This document shows positions 30,077 through 40,471 of a stretch of 64,000 nt of DNA, in pieces (position 1 is the first letter of the stretch; every line of letters begins with the position of its first letter). Location: assembly GCA_965197745.1 (NCBI GenBank), contig CBDANS010000007.1, positions 1 through 64,000 of the forward strand, read 5' to 3'. A model generated the notes under the pieces. The model ran no database searches. It was not told where the DNA came from and saw nothing but the letters and a program-made list of their open reading frames with translations. Origin of the DNA: Opitutales bacterium. GTDB lineage: Bacteria > Verrucomicrobiota > Verrucomicrobiia > Opitutales > PNEW01. Both the position numbers and the translations under genes were made by a program.

Positions 30077-30262
30077 GGGTCAGACTGCGAATTCTTTGAT
30101 TGATAAGAAACTATGGGAGAACTGGAAATGCGAGAGAATGGCTCGAAAGCCAAGGATTGAAAGTACCGACGAACTCTATGTTAGTATCTTTCGGCGTAAG
30201 CAAAAGAACAGAAGTAAAGCCTACAGAACTTTGAAAAAAACAAAGAATTCGCAGTCTGACCC
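30077..30262 (+). mobile_element. internally deleted RAYT/Y1-transposase mini-element
   Basis: Perfect 22-bp IR GGGTCAGACTGCGAATTCTTTG / CAAAGAATTCGCAGTCTGACCC enclosing MARKPRIESTDELYV, like a RAYT N-terminus (MARKPRIE.....YHV). Confidence 0.7.
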
Positions 30263-32781
30263 TAAACCGCCAGGATATCGCGCTGGCGTGCCAGACGGTT
30301 GTCGCGATCTTTGGCGAAATGTTTAATCCCGGTAAAGATCGAATCGGCATCCAGATGGGCCTCGGCGATCACATCTGCTTCGGTGCCACCAGTAAGCCAC
30401 TGGTTGTCCCAGTCCGAGGTCAGCGAATATTCGTCCGTTAACGGCCCGACGTCACGCACCGGCCACATCCGTCGCGTTCCTGTGCTCACCACCATCATGT
30501 CGTATCGCGCTTCAGGCGGAAACACTGCGCTACGGTAGTCACTGGATTGCAAGTCGAAAAGTTCCTCACTTATGGCAGCAATAATTTTCACGTTGAGCCC
30601 TTCGTTCTCCAGGCGTTGCAAAACGCTAACAAGGTTAACTGTGGAGTTTGACCCCTGCACGACCACATAGCCGTGGTTGGGTTTGCCCTGATCGAAATCA
30701 CGAATGACATAGAACCCTTTGGCTGCGGCTTTGAGATCAGGATGGGCAAATGTACTGCGATCCGCCACCGGAAAATCAGGACGTGCCACTTCGATAATAA
30801 TTATATTAACCTTGGGATCTCTTGCAGCGACTTCTGCAGCAGCGAAATAGCCGGGTGCAACATCGTTGTAATCCCAGAAACTGAGATGAATCGTTTGACC
30901 GCGCGGAAAAAGTTTCCATACTTGGGGCGCAAAAATACCAAAGTGAGTACGGGCATCGGCCGCGGTCTCCGGCCCCGAATGGCCAGCCAGAATATGCAGC
31001 ACGCCCATCCGGAAACAACTGTCCTGGCTCTGCTGAGCCCAAACCCGGGCAGGCGTGTACATTAGTGGGGTAAAAGAGCCATAAGTACCACTCAAAGCCC
31101 AAACCCCGGCGAATTTTTCTGAATCTATCGACGCGCTCTGACTTATTAGTCCAATGGCGCTCGATACGTTCCCTGCTTCCTGGATAGCCGCTTTGACCCG
31201 CGTACCGGCAGGATTGTTGACCGGATTATAATGGCCCCACAAGCTGCCTTTTTCAACGTTAATGGAACCCGAAAGATCAGCCGCAAGGGTAAAAAACCTG
31301 TTGTCAGTCACATAATTCATCCATTTGATAATTTCTGAAATACACTGGCGTGTTCCGGCTATTGCTCCCGCCTTTTTGAAAAGGGTGATGTTAACTTCCT
31401 TTTCTTCGCCAGATACCGGATTCTTTATAGTAGGCGTTTGAGGTTCGATCGGGAGATTTTTCACCAGAAGGCGGTCATCCAGAAAGGGATCGCGCGTTAC
31501 GTCCATCTTCAACGGTAGATCGTCCTGTACTGAATCGCCGATTTCCAAAAGACGGCCAGCCAGCCAATCCCCAAGTCCGTTTCGTTCGAGAAGTGACATG
31601 ACGATGTCGATGTTGGTTTTAAACTGTATTAGACGTTCACGTGTATCAGTCACCGCTCCCTGACGAATACCTTCGAATTCTATACCATAATGCCTCTCAA
31701 ATGTCTCTGCGAGGGCGACAAAATACTCCGAGTTCATTTTAAATGCATATGGATGACTTGGGTAGCTGATCAACTGATCACCGTAACCAGGAATTTTTCC
31801 ATCGACGGCGGTGGGCCAATAGCCCTTTACCGTGTTGCCGATCACGATCATCGGGCGGCGGTCGTTTGGATCCCAGTCCTCCATGGTTTTGAGGGCGGCA
31901 ATAACCTGATCATAATCATTGCCATTCTCCAGAGCAAAGACATTCCATCCATAGGAAGACCATTGATCCTCAATCTTGTAACGGTCATACTTTGAATCAA
32001 CCACGCCACCAATCAGTTTATCATCGATGCCTGCATTATTATAAGAAAGCAGAAGACGCAGGCGTTTGCCTACCTGGGTCGCCAAAGCCTGGGTTTTTAA
32101 CTCCTGGGCATGTCCCTCGGTCATAGCAAATTCACCTTCCAGAGCGAGCACTTTAAGTGAATCGGGGGCACCTAAAAGATCCCAGAATGTCGCTTTTCCC
32201 GCGGAGGAAGCAATACCAAGGCCCGATGGCCCGCCGTTGACATCGTTAGTCATATCGGTTGATTCAGCATGACCTGCTAAAGAACGGATACCGCGCAATT
32301 TTGCTTGTGCAAAGAGTGGATGGTCTTCCAGGCCGTGCTCTTTCAACAAGGTTTTTAGAGCGCCTGCACCGCGTCGAAAGCCCAACGCGTCGATAGGTAA
32401 AAAGGTAACTTCCGGTGCAACATGGTAACGCGAATCACCTGTAGCCAAATGCTTGCGCGCCAGGGTCTCGCCCATAATCATCCACAGGGCATAGGCGGTA
32501 GGAATGTTGTGCCCACCGGCAAGCATGAATTTGTCGCAGAACGGATGCTTAGGCCTGCGGTAGTCGTAACGTAGACCTCCGAGCTGGGGACCGGCTAAAT
32601 GGATCGCCACATTGTAAGGCGTGTACGCTAACGGCCCGCCAAAATGGCCCGTCTGAGAATAATTACAAAAAAGCACCATCGTCATACAAGTCATGTAACC
32701 GATGTCCTCTAATCGTTCACGATCATAAGCTACAGTTAGTGGCTCAACAGCTGACAATAAAGTGTCCGTATTCATGGTCAT
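30262..32781 (-). CDS. transketolase-like protein (large divergent form)
   Basis: TGHFGGPL, DKFMLAGGH, LAGHAE, TVKG, ADLSGS, IQEAG, GHSGPETAADARTH. Confidence 0.85.
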   Translation of the reverse strand: MTMNTDTLLSAVEPLTVAYDRERLEDIGYMTCMTMVLFCNYSQTGHFGGPLAYTPYNVAIHLAGPQLGGLRYDYRRPKHPFCDKFMLAGGHNIPTAYALWMIMGETLARKHLATGDSRYHVAPEVTFLPIDALGFRRGAGALKTLLKEHGLEDHPLFAQAKLRGIRSLAGHAESTDMTNDVNGGPSGLGIASSAGKATFWDLLGAPDSLKVLALEGEFAMTEGHAQELKTQALATQVGKRLRLLLSYNNAGIDDKLIGGVVDSKYDRYKIEDQWSSYGWNVFALENGNDYDQVIAALKTMEDWDPNDRRPMIVIGNTVKGYWPTAVDGKIPGYGDQLISYPSHPYAFKMNSEYFVALAETFERHYGIEFEGIRQGAVTDTRERLIQFKTNIDIVMSLLERNGLGDWLAGRLLEIGDSVQDDLPLKMDVTRDPFLDDRLLVKNLPIEPQTPTIKNPVSGEEKEVNITLFKKAGAIAGTRQCISEIIKWMNYVTDNRFFTLAADLSGSINVEKGSLWGHYNPVNNPAGTRVKAAIQEAGNVSSAIGLISQSASIDSEKFAGVWALSGTYGSFTPLMYTPARVWAQQSQDSCFRMGVLHILAGHSGPETAADARTHFGIFAPQVWKLFPRGQTIHLSFWDYNDVAPGYFAAAEVAARDPKVNIIIIEVARPDFPVADRSTFAHPDLKAAAKGFYVIRDFDQGKPNHGYVVVQGSNSTVNLVSVLQRLENEGLNVKIIAAISEELFDLQSSDYRSAVFPPEARYDMMVVSTGTRRMWPVRDVGPLTDEYSLTSDWDNQWLTGGTEADVIAEAHLDADSIFTGIKHFAKDRDNRLARQRDILAV

Positions 32782-32993
32782 CGCAATACCTCGGCAGTTT
32801 GGTTTAGATATTAGGTTTTGGTAATTTTGAGTTGCTGAATTATTTCATTAAAGAGTACCTCTGTCAAAATCGTTGTATCCGCACTAATTGAAATACAATT
32901 TTGGTGAAGTCAATCTGCACATATTTGAGTAGCTGCGCCTATAAGAAATAGCCAAATGATGCACTTTGGAAAGGAAGAAATAGGGTCAGAGTG

Positions 32994-34566
32994 GAATGGC
33001 GTTAAGATAAGGGATAGAATGAGTGCAATAGATGCTTGTACAGGGACCGTTGGAGAGCTACCCTAACGAGCATGCAAAAACAAAACTTAACTCGTTATTT
33101 TCCAGGATTTAATCAGGTCCTGTTCGGTCGTGCTCCCCGAACAGCCCTTGCACAGATGGAGGGTAAGCTGGTAGAAATACGGCGGTCAAGTCTTTCCGAG
33201 CTATCGGATATCTTCGGGCAGTGGGTGCCGCAAAAGTATTTACACCGGAAGCCTCGAGGGGCTAACAGCCGGCGGAGATTGTTCAGCCAAAACGTGACCT
33301 TCTGGGCATTTTTGTTCCAAGTGCTCTCACCACGGACTGCCTGCCGGGAAGTGGTGCGCAAGCTCCAGAGCTATTGCAGCATGAAGGGGCTGAAGTTGGC
33401 TAAAGGAACGGCCTCGGCCTACTGTCAGGCGAGGCAACGGCTGTTGGTGCAAGACCTGCACGGGATCCATGAAGCGATCAGTGAAGAGGTGGCCGGGAGA
33501 GTGACCGACGATCAACGGTGGAAAGGTCACGAGGTAAAAGTGGTCGACGGCACGGGTATCGCCACCGCCGATACGCCGTGCTTGCAGAGGTGTTACCCAC
33601 AGCCTTCGCAGCAACGAAGCGGCTGCGGCTTTCCGGTGGTGAAGCTGGTGGGCTGTTTTTCTTTAGCCAGTGGGGCGCTTTTACACTGGATGGAGTCCTC
33701 ACTAAGGCATCATGACAGTGTGCTGTTGCGGGGCATGATCGGATTTTTTCAAAAGGGTGATGTGGTCCTTGCCGACCGGGGATTTTGCTCTTACCTCAAT
33801 ATTGCCCTGCTTAAAGGCCGCGGTGCTGAAGCGGTCATGCGTTTGCATCAGCAACGAAGAAGCGACTTTCGTCAGGGCAGGTCCTTGGGTAGGTATGACC
33901 GGCTGATCATGTGGAAGAAGCCGCAAAATGTCTTCGGCTTCAGTCGCGAGCAGTGGCGGCAAATCCCTGATGAGATCCCCGTACGGCTGGTGAAGATTTT
34001 CATTTTCATCAAAGGTTTCCGCGCCCATAGCGTAGACCTCGTGACTACCTTGAGCGATCCTCACCAATACTCCCACCACGATCTCGGAGAATTATACTAT
34101 CGGCGCTGGGCAGTGGAGCTTTACTTTCGCCACATCAAAACCACCATGGGGATGGAGATCCTGCGCTCTCGCTCGGTCGCTCTCGTGCGCAAAGAGATTG
34201 CGATGTTTGCCATCGCCTACAATCTCTCATCCGCGCTCTTTTGCAGCAAGCTGCCAGTGCCTTCCACCGCGACCTCTCCCGGCTAAGCTTCAAGGGGGCT
34301 GTTGACACCCTCCGCCAATATCAAAGTGCGCTCGCGGCCACCCGGTTTAATCCCAGAGCCCAACGATCTGTCATTGACGAGATGATACACCTCATTGCCC
34401 TCGAATCGGTCCCCCTACGTCCCTTCCGATACGAACCAAGAGTCCTCAAACGTAGACCTATACCTTTCCAACGATTGACTCATCCACGAGCCATGATGAC
34501 CGTCTCTGCTTCACGAAAAAACAAAGGCTTTTATCATCCTAAACCACCCTTATCTTAACGCCATTC
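32994..34566 (+). mobile_element. IS4-family element, copy 2 (1573 bp)
   Basis: Same TIRs; flanks GGGTCAGAGTG / CAGTCTGACCC (inverted, not a direct duplication). Confidence 0.93.
33072..34558 (+). pseudogene. IS4-family transposase, same frameshift at 34221-34230
   Basis: Near-identical to copy 1. Confidence 0.88.
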
Positions 34567-34738
34567 CAGTCTGACCCCTTTGAGAATGGCTAGATATGAC
34601 CCCTTTTGACTTCTCCTTTCATGTTACCTGACCCTTCTTAAAATTCCGATCCAACGAATTTTATTACCCTTTTTCCTGTAAAGGCCGACAAGCTCGGTGC
34701 TCACACTCTACTGAAAGGTTTATTGGGCAAATGCTTTG

Positions 34739-35995
34739 CTAGGTTGATTTAGGTAAAGATGTCTCCCATGTTCTCAAAATCTCCCTCAACTCGGCCACCA
34801 CACTAGGATTTAGAGAGAACAGGTTCCTGCGTTCACCAATATCTTCTTCAAGGTTGAACAGAAACTGAGTCTCTACAGAGCCGTCAACAAGATACTTCCA
34901 TGGTCCCTGTCGTACAGCTTTATGTCTACCAAAACTCCAAAATAATGGTCGCTCGTTAGTTACCGCACCCTCGCTGACGACAGGGATCAGGCTGGTACCG
35001 TCAAGAGAGGAGGGTAGGTTATCTAGACCAGCAGCATCAAGTATGGTAGCAGTGATATCCATTGAGATGGCTGGTTGAGACGAAGTCTTGTTAGCAGGAA
35101 TATGACCCGGCCAACGAAGGAGCATTGGCACACGTATTCCACCTTCCCACAGCGTTGCAAATCCGTGAAACAACGGATCAGAACGCACCAAGTGTCTGCC
35201 GCCATGATCGTAAGCGAAAATGACTAAGGTTTGTTCACTAAGTCTATTCTTATCTAAGGAGGTCAACACTTTTCCAATACCTGCATCCATGGCTTCAACC
35301 ATTGGTATATAATCTTGGCGACTGGCTTCATTGACATCCCATCCGCTATCCCATGCATCTTCAGGCATATCCGGTGGTTGATAAGGTGGGAGGGCTGTGT
35401 TGTAAGCGAGATACAAGAAAAAGGGTTCGTCTGCATTGGCTTGACGGTCGATGAAACCAAGTGATTCTTCCGTCAGGATATCCGTGAGATAGCCATGACG
35501 CTTAACAGGTAAATCGTTGTAGTAAAGTCCGGGCTCACCGTCCATTGTCTGGTGTGAATGGTAGCTGATGGTCCAGTCGTGGAAGCCTAGAAATTCATCA
35601 AACCCATGCGCATTTGGACTATGTGCCGGTTGAGATCCCAGATGCCATTTGCCGAAAAGTGCCGTTGTATAACCATCTTCTTTAAGATAACTGGCCAATG
35701 TTTTGTATGCGGTTGATAGGCCATCTTCACCGGACACGTTTCCTGTTATCCCAACTCGATTCGGATAAAATCCTGTAAGTAAAGCAGCCCGAGATGGGCT
35801 GCAGATTGGGGCAGCACCGAAGAAGTCCGTGAACTTGGTTCCTTCATGTGCCAACCTGTCCAGTGCCGGAGTAGTGATATCCTCTGCCCCAAACGGCCCT
35901 ATATCTCTGTAACCCATATAATCTGAAACAATCAAAATCACGTTAGGTGACTGGGATTTCGGATTTTTCTGTGTGTGGTCGAAATTTGAAGTCAA
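34739..35995 (-). CDS. arylsulfatase-family sulfatase
   Basis: PNVILIVSD, CSPSRAALLTG (formylglycine motif), GKWHLG, EGGIRVP. Confidence 0.93.
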   Translation of the reverse strand: MTSNFDHTQKNPKSQSPNVILIVSDYMGYRDIGPFGAEDITTPALDRLAHEGTKFTDFFGAAPICSPSRAALLTGFYPNRVGITGNVSGEDGLSTAYKTLASYLKEDGYTTALFGKWHLGSQPAHSPNAHGFDEFLGFHDWTISYHSHQTMDGEPGLYYNDLPVKRHGYLTDILTEESLGFIDRQANADEPFFLYLAYNTALPPYQPPDMPEDAWDSGWDVNEASRQDYIPMVEAMDAGIGKVLTSLDKNRLSEQTLVIFAYDHGGRHLVRSDPLFHGFATLWEGGIRVPMLLRWPGHIPANKTSSQPAISMDITATILDAAGLDNLPSSLDGTSLIPVVSEGAVTNERPLFWSFGRHKAVRQGPWKYLVDGSVETQFLFNLEEDIGERRNLFSLNPSVVAELREILRTWETSLPKST

Positions 35996-36072
35996 CGTAT
36001 ACCTCCTTATGCCATTTTAAATTATTCGTGCAATCACTGACCCCTAGATAGTGTCTACTACGTTTCGGTGTG

Positions 36073-36139
36073 GCCTAACGACTGAGTTCACATTATTGTG
36101 AAGCGTAAAAAAAATGTCAGGAGGAACGAATTGTTATAC
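36073..36139 (-). other. integron attC site
   Basis: Minus strand GTATAAC aattcgttcc...gtgaactcagtc GTTAGGC. Confidence 0.75.
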
Positions 36140-36808
36140 ATCTTCAATAAAAATCACTTTTACAGATTCCGTTATTACTCTACCCTTATGTTTATGCGCT
36201 GCTCCATCTGGAATAAATACCCCATCTCCTTCTTTATATATTAATTTTTCATTTGCGTATTCAATTTCTAATTCACCCTCAAGAATTAAACCATAGTGCC
36301 CTATTTCACACCAGTGTGGGGGCATTTTTTTTGTGTATTCTATAAGACGTATATGTCTGTTTTCGTAATTATATGTCTTACACTTCACTCCTTCCACGGG
36401 AGATTCCCATTCAATATTATCAAAATTAATTTTATATTGGAGCATTTGTCTTCCACCAAGCACGGTTCCATCCTCCGCCCTGAGTCTTTTTCCGGCATGG
36501 ATATTCCAATGTAAATGTTTTGAGTTCTGGTAACTACCCACATTCGAGCAAACTCGGCATCCCCCTAACTCTCGCTCGAGATCACTAGAAATTTCATGAA
36601 TTGCCTTCATGAAATCTTTCGCTAACTCCGGGTCAAGTGACTCCAGCGAGGAAAGGGAGTCAATATGAGACTTGGGTATGACTACAATGTGGCGCTCAAA
36701 ATACGGATTTGTGTGGTGAAAGGCTAGTATCTGTTCTGTTTCTAGAACTACCTCAACAGGAACCCTTCCAGGGAGAATTTGTTCGCAGTAAATATCGCTC
36801 ATATTCAA
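36134..36808 (-). CDS. HIT-family domain fused to a cupin domain, gene cassette
   Basis: AFHHTNP...HIVVIPK...KHLHWNIH then PPHWCEIGHYG...GDGVFIP...HKH. Confidence 0.75.
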   Translation of the reverse strand: MNMSDIYCEQILPGRVPVEVVLETEQILAFHHTNPYFERHIVVIPKSHIDSLSSLESLDPELAKDFMKAIHEISSDLERELGGCRVCSNVGSYQNSKHLHWNIHAGKRLRAEDGTVLGGRQMLQYKINFDNIEWESPVEGVKCKTYNYENRHIRLIEYTKKMPPHWCEIGHYGLILEGELEIEYANEKLIYKEGDGVFIPDGAAHKHKGRVITESVKVIFIEDV

Positions 36809-36816
36809 TTACTGAA

Positions 36817-36868
36817 GCATAACAAGTGATCCTAAAATTCTGTATATTTGCGTAGAAGGATACTGTCT
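36817..36868 (-). promoter_or_regulatory. attI-like leader, copy 2
   Basis: Minus strand atccttctacgcaaatatacagaattttaggatcacttGTTATGC. Confidence 0.6.
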
Positions 36869-37042
36869 TCGAATATCACGGCTAGTGCAACAGGCAATAT
36901 CCAGAATTAATGATGGTACCTTCTTGAGGTAGCGCTCAAATGCAAGCCGACACATCGTTGGCGTTTCATCGTTTACTTCAGGATATAACTTCTCATAGAG
37001 CTCGGGACGGTCATAGAGTAGGTTCTTGACGCTCTTATCCAT
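36869..37042 (-). pseudogene. N-terminal fragment of a class I SAM methyltransferase, cut by leader copy 2
   Basis: LYDRPELYEKLYP...ILDIACCTSR, then runs into the repeated leader. Confidence 0.65.
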
Positions 37043-37056
37043 AGCTCAATTCCAGT

Positions 37057-37080
37057 GTCGAACAAGTGATCGTGTAGAAA
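37057..37080 (-). promoter_or_regulatory. attI-like leader, copy 3 (short/variant)
   Basis: gatcacttGTTCGAC shared; upstream sequence diverges. Confidence 0.4.
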
Positions 37081-37150
37081 TGTTGTTTTCTCAGAGTTAT
37101 CGCTTCAGCAGCAGCAAGGTCAAGGTGTAATGCCCCCGTTTTCTAAGCTG

Positions 37151-37756
37151 CTATCGCAGCCGAAGTATCAGCACCCAGGCAATGAAGTCATTCTCCGACG
37201 TCACGCCGAATCTTTCTTGGGACACGGAATAGAACTGAAAGTGCGACTCGCACGCATCCACGAGTTCGGCGAGAGAGAGTCGTGGGTAACCTCGGGGGTC
37301 CGGTCCTCCGTCGCGACCACGATTGTCTGCGCAACCTGTCACGTCGATCCACCATCCCCTCGGCTTTAGTACACACGCAACTCGCTCGGCAAACTCGCCA
37401 CGTTGCGATTGGTCTTCGAAGTTGGAGATCACGCTTCTGTCAAACACTAGATCGTAGGGGCCGCCTGGATCATTGTGGAAAAAATCACTGACCGTAAACT
37501 CTACATCTAAGCCGCGACGAACTGCTTCGGAGCGCGCGGTATCAATAGCTGATTTTACAATATCGATCCCCCGAACCTTGAAACCTGCTGTTGCAAGGTG
37601 CAGCGCCTGTGTACCGACACCGCATCCAACATCAAGGATACGCCCACCATCTGGCAGAAGCTCTCGGACCATGTTCTCGAGTGGTGCCCACGGCATCCCA
37701 TCCTCCCAGGGTGTTTGACCCTGTCGGTACCACTCGTGCCAATCGAGAGAGGTCAT
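37151..37756 (-). CDS. class I SAM-dependent methyltransferase (TPMT/TehB-like)
   Basis: W..WY..GQTPW, ILDVGCGVG, YDLVFDR. Confidence 0.88.
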   Translation of the reverse strand: MTSLDWHEWYRQGQTPWEDGMPWAPLENMVRELLPDGGRILDVGCGVGTQALHLATAGFKVRGIDIVKSAIDTARSEAVRRGLDVEFTVSDFFHNDPGGPYDLVFDRSVISNFEDQSQRGEFAERVACVLKPRGWWIDVTGCADNRGRDGGPDPRGYPRLSLAELVDACESHFQFYSVSQERFGVTSENDFIAWVLILRLR

Positions 37757-37768
37757 AGAGTTATCGTC

Positions 37769-38143
37769 TCACGGCTGCTGGCGGAGTTCAAATCCATTAC
37801 CTTCGCAATCTTGGAAACGGGCGACCCTATCGGATACTCTACCCCTGGGTTCGATAAGTTCGATCAAGCGCCCTCCAAGTTGCTCTATATCTGCTTGAAT
37901 CTCTTCAATATGGTTTACTTCAAGATTCAGACCGGCGTGAGGCAAAGGACCTTCATCATCAGAGGGAAGAATATGTAGCGCCAACTGAATGGCGCCGAAA
38001 TCCAGCATTGTCCAACCTGGAGATTCAACTGACGGCTTTACATCAAAGGCTTTCATATAGAAGTCCTTTGCTCGATTCATTTCATATACGTAATGAATTA
38101 CTATAGGATTTTTCGCTTTCATGTTACCTGACTCCTTTTGCAA
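37769..38143 (-). CDS. VOC/glyoxalase family protein (start probably 38122)
   Basis: YVYEMNRAKDFY...FQDCEGNGFEL. Confidence 0.88.
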   Translation of the reverse strand: MQKESGNMKAKNPIVIHYVYEMNRAKDFYMKAFDVKPSVESPGWTMLDFGAIQLALHILPSDDEGPLPHAGLNLEVNHIEEIQADIEQLGGRLIELIEPRGRVSDRVARFQDCEGNGFELRQQP

Positions 38144-38825
38144 TTTCTGTATCGACCGATTTGTTCAGTCGATTTTTGTAAGCTGCTATTCCAAATGATA
38201 TGTCGGAGAATCTCTTCCAGACAACCTCGAATCCAAGCTTTTGTAGCTGCTCTAGCGACTCTTCAAGGTGCCAGAAGAATTCATCGCTCAGAGCCTCAGC
38301 AACGACTTCGTTTCCAAGCCTTCTGTATTCTTTGATCTTTTCGTTATTCGCTCTCGCGTTCTTAACCATGAGATCGCCGAAGACAGCCGCTCCACCATCG
38401 CCAAGGCTGGACCATAGTTCCTGAAAAAAGTGACTCTTCTCTTCTTCAGTCAAGTGATGAATTGTATACGTACTCAAAACTGCATCGAATAGTCCGAGAT
38501 CGCGCTCGAAAACTGCAAGAACGTCGTCGTTAATAAAGGTGCGATGATTTAGATGAGCGTTCTTATCGCGGGATAATTCCTCCATTCGGTCGGAAACGTC
38601 TACACAAACGACCTCTTTGCATTGAGGTATTCTCTTTGTCAGGTTGCCAGTGCCGGAGCCTAGCTCCAAGACTCTTGAGGAATCCTCTATACCAGCAACA
38701 GCTACAACCCAGTCGAGAACTGACTCGTAGTTGGTTCGGATGGGATCGGAATCGTTGAGAACGTCTGCATCGTAACCATCAGCTTCTTCGTCATGATTGA
38801 AGTAATCTGCGTGAGTGCTTCTCAT
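38124..38825 (-). CDS. class I SAM-dependent methyltransferase, gene cassette
   Basis: VLELGSGTG, STYTIHHL; start moved to ATG 38825 because the tracked upstream part is attC. Confidence 0.88.
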   Translation of the reverse strand: MRSTHADYFNHDEEADGYDADVLNDSDPIRTNYESVLDWVVAVAGIEDSSRVLELGSGTGNLTKRIPQCKEVVCVDVSDRMEELSRDKNAHLNHRTFINDDVLAVFERDLGLFDAVLSTYTIHHLTEEEKSHFFQELWSSLGDGGAAVFGDLMVKNARANNEKIKEYRRLGNEVVAEALSDEFFWHLEESLEQLQKLGFEVVWKRFSDISFGIAAYKNRLNKSVDTEIAKGVR

Positions 38826-38832
38826 TTTTTTA

Positions 38833-38896
38833 CTCGAACGTCGAAGGTCTGGCATAGCAGCGCTAGCCTGCATTGTCCAGGAACGCTTGGTTATGT
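38833..38896 (-). other. integron attC site
   Basis: Minus strand ACATAAC caagcgttcctgg...ccagaccttcgac GTTCGAG. Confidence 0.7.
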
Positions 38897-38912
38897 CTGT
38901 TTCGTTTACCTC

Positions 38913-39938
38913 CTAGTGAGTCCGTTGGAATATGTAGCCGATCGAGTTCCTGGCAATCTCCTTTGTCACGGAGTTCGGTAATTCATTTGTATGCTCAGCT
39001 AGCTTCTTCAGCGCTTCGTCTGCGAGACGCACGGCTTCCTGCTGCGCATAATCGATTGATCCGAGTTCTTTAAATGTATCCAGAACCCACTTAATCTCCT
39101 GGTCGGTCCGGTCATTCCGCTGCTTTCCATATATTTTCCGCAACTCGTCCACCTTCGCGGATGATGCATGTTGTACGGCGTGCCAAAGGATCAATGTCTT
39201 AGCACCACTGCGGACATCATTCCCAATTGATTTTCCGAGAACCCTTTCTGTCGACGTGCAATCCAACACGTCGTCTGTCAACTGAAAGGCCTTGCCGGCC
39301 GGAACGCCATATTCTGGTATCGCATCGATAGCTGGCTGGGATGCACCGGCTATAATCGCTCCGCATTGCATCGGACCGTAAACACTATAATAGGCTGCCT
39401 TCGCATGAATCGATTCGTAATACATTTCAGGCGTAAAATCGGTGACTTCGGTCGTGCATTCGCTTAGGTTGATGTCTAGATATTGACCTTCGTGGGTCGT
39501 GTGCATGATGTCGTAGAATCGCTCAAGATACCTTCTACCTCGTTCCTTGCCGATCGTTTCCGCTGCGTCTATCGCCGCCTTCCAGCTAAATGCCTGAAGG
39601 TGGCTGCCGGCCAGAATGGCGTATCGCTCACCGTGCATGATGTGCGCAGCTGGTCCGTTCCGTCTGATTAGATTGCCATCCATCCAATCATCATGCATGA
39701 GAAAGTAGTCCTCAGACAGCTGTGCTGCAGCAGCGGGTAGAATCGCATCTTCATCATTCCCCCCATACAGGACAGTCCAAAGGATTAGGTAAACTGGCCT
39801 CCGGTATTGGCCTTGGCGGTCAACGTAGGTGCGAACCATGTTATGGTACGTCTCCGGCTCACCTCCGGGTAGGTATCTACATACAGTTTCGTAGATCCTA
39901 TCTCTGTAGGAACTCTTGAAGGATTGGAAGTCGTTCAT
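38913..39938 (-). CDS. polyprenyl diphosphate synthase family protein
   Basis: MHDDWMDG..RR, EGQYLD, FQLTDDVLD, GKSIGNDV. Confidence 0.9.
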   Translation of the reverse strand: MNDFQSFKSSYRDRIYETVCRYLPGGEPETYHNMVRTYVDRQGQYRRPVYLILWTVLYGGNDEDAILPAAAAQLSEDYFLMHDDWMDGNLIRRNGPAAHIMHGERYAILAGSHLQAFSWKAAIDAAETIGKERGRRYLERFYDIMHTTHEGQYLDINLSECTTEVTDFTPEMYYESIHAKAAYYSVYGPMQCGAIIAGASQPAIDAIPEYGVPAGKAFQLTDDVLDCTSTERVLGKSIGNDVRSGAKTLILWHAVQHASSAKVDELRKIYGKQRNDRTDQEIKWVLDTFKELGSIDYAQQEAVRLADEALKKLAEHTNELPNSVTKEIARNSIGYIFQRTH

Positions 39939-39946
39939 TTCAGTTG

Positions 39947-40019
39947 GTATAAAGATAAAGCTCTCAGGATTTCATGAAGTCCCAGCGAAATGAAATTCTT
40001 GTGCAGCGCATTGTTGGAT
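39947..40019 (-). other. degenerate attC site (core GTT mutated to TTT)
   Basis: Minus strand ATCCAAC aatgcgctgca...atttcat...atgaaat...tgagagc tttatc TTTATAC. Confidence 0.55.
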
Positions 40020-40040
40020 GTTCCATTTCTGTACAGTACA

Positions 40041-40469
40041 TCAGAGACACTCGCTTATCCTCGCAGCATAAGAATCCCGCGTTACCTGATCTGAAGTTGG
40101 CGGTTCCGCGGGATAGACGCGAAGGAATCCATCGGCGGTCTTTCGCGGATGAATATGAAAATGGAGATGCGGAACCTCCTGGAATGCCGCGGGCCCGATC
40201 GAGTGCCAGAGGCTGAGACCTTCGCCTGGGAAGGCTGTGTCGACAGCCCGCGTTATCCGTGAAATCGTTTCCATAAGAGCTGTGCCGGTGGGGGTGTCCA
40301 GTTCCCGTACGTCGGGAATATGCCGACGAGGGATCACCAGTGTGTGCCCGGCGTGGAACTGCCGAATATCCACGAAGGCCATTGTCAGGTCATCCTCGTA
40401 GACGATGCTGGCGGTACGTGTTCTCTGCGCGATTTCGCAAAACACACAGGCCTCATGTGTTCCGTTCAT
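40041..40469 (-). CDS. HIT family hydrolase
   Basis: CVFCEI, GHTLVIPRRH, QEVPHLHFHIHPR. Confidence 0.92.
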   Translation of the reverse strand: MNGTHEACVFCEIAQRTRTASIVYEDDLTMAFVDIRQFHAGHTLVIPRRHIPDVRELDTPTGTALMETISRITRAVDTAFPGEGLSLWHSIGPAAFQEVPHLHFHIHPRKTADGFLRVYPAEPPTSDQVTRDSYAARISECL

Positions 40470-40471
40470 CT

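Noticed and set aside
38140..38175. attC between the methyltransferase and VOC genes
   Set aside because: Only a left-half-like ACTGAACAAATCGG is present; no partner arm or GTT core.
38793..38981. Short ORFs and N-terminal extensions across attC sites (also 38826-38873, 41680-41715, 49057-49087)
   Set aside because: They read through attC sequence; better starts lie just after the cores.
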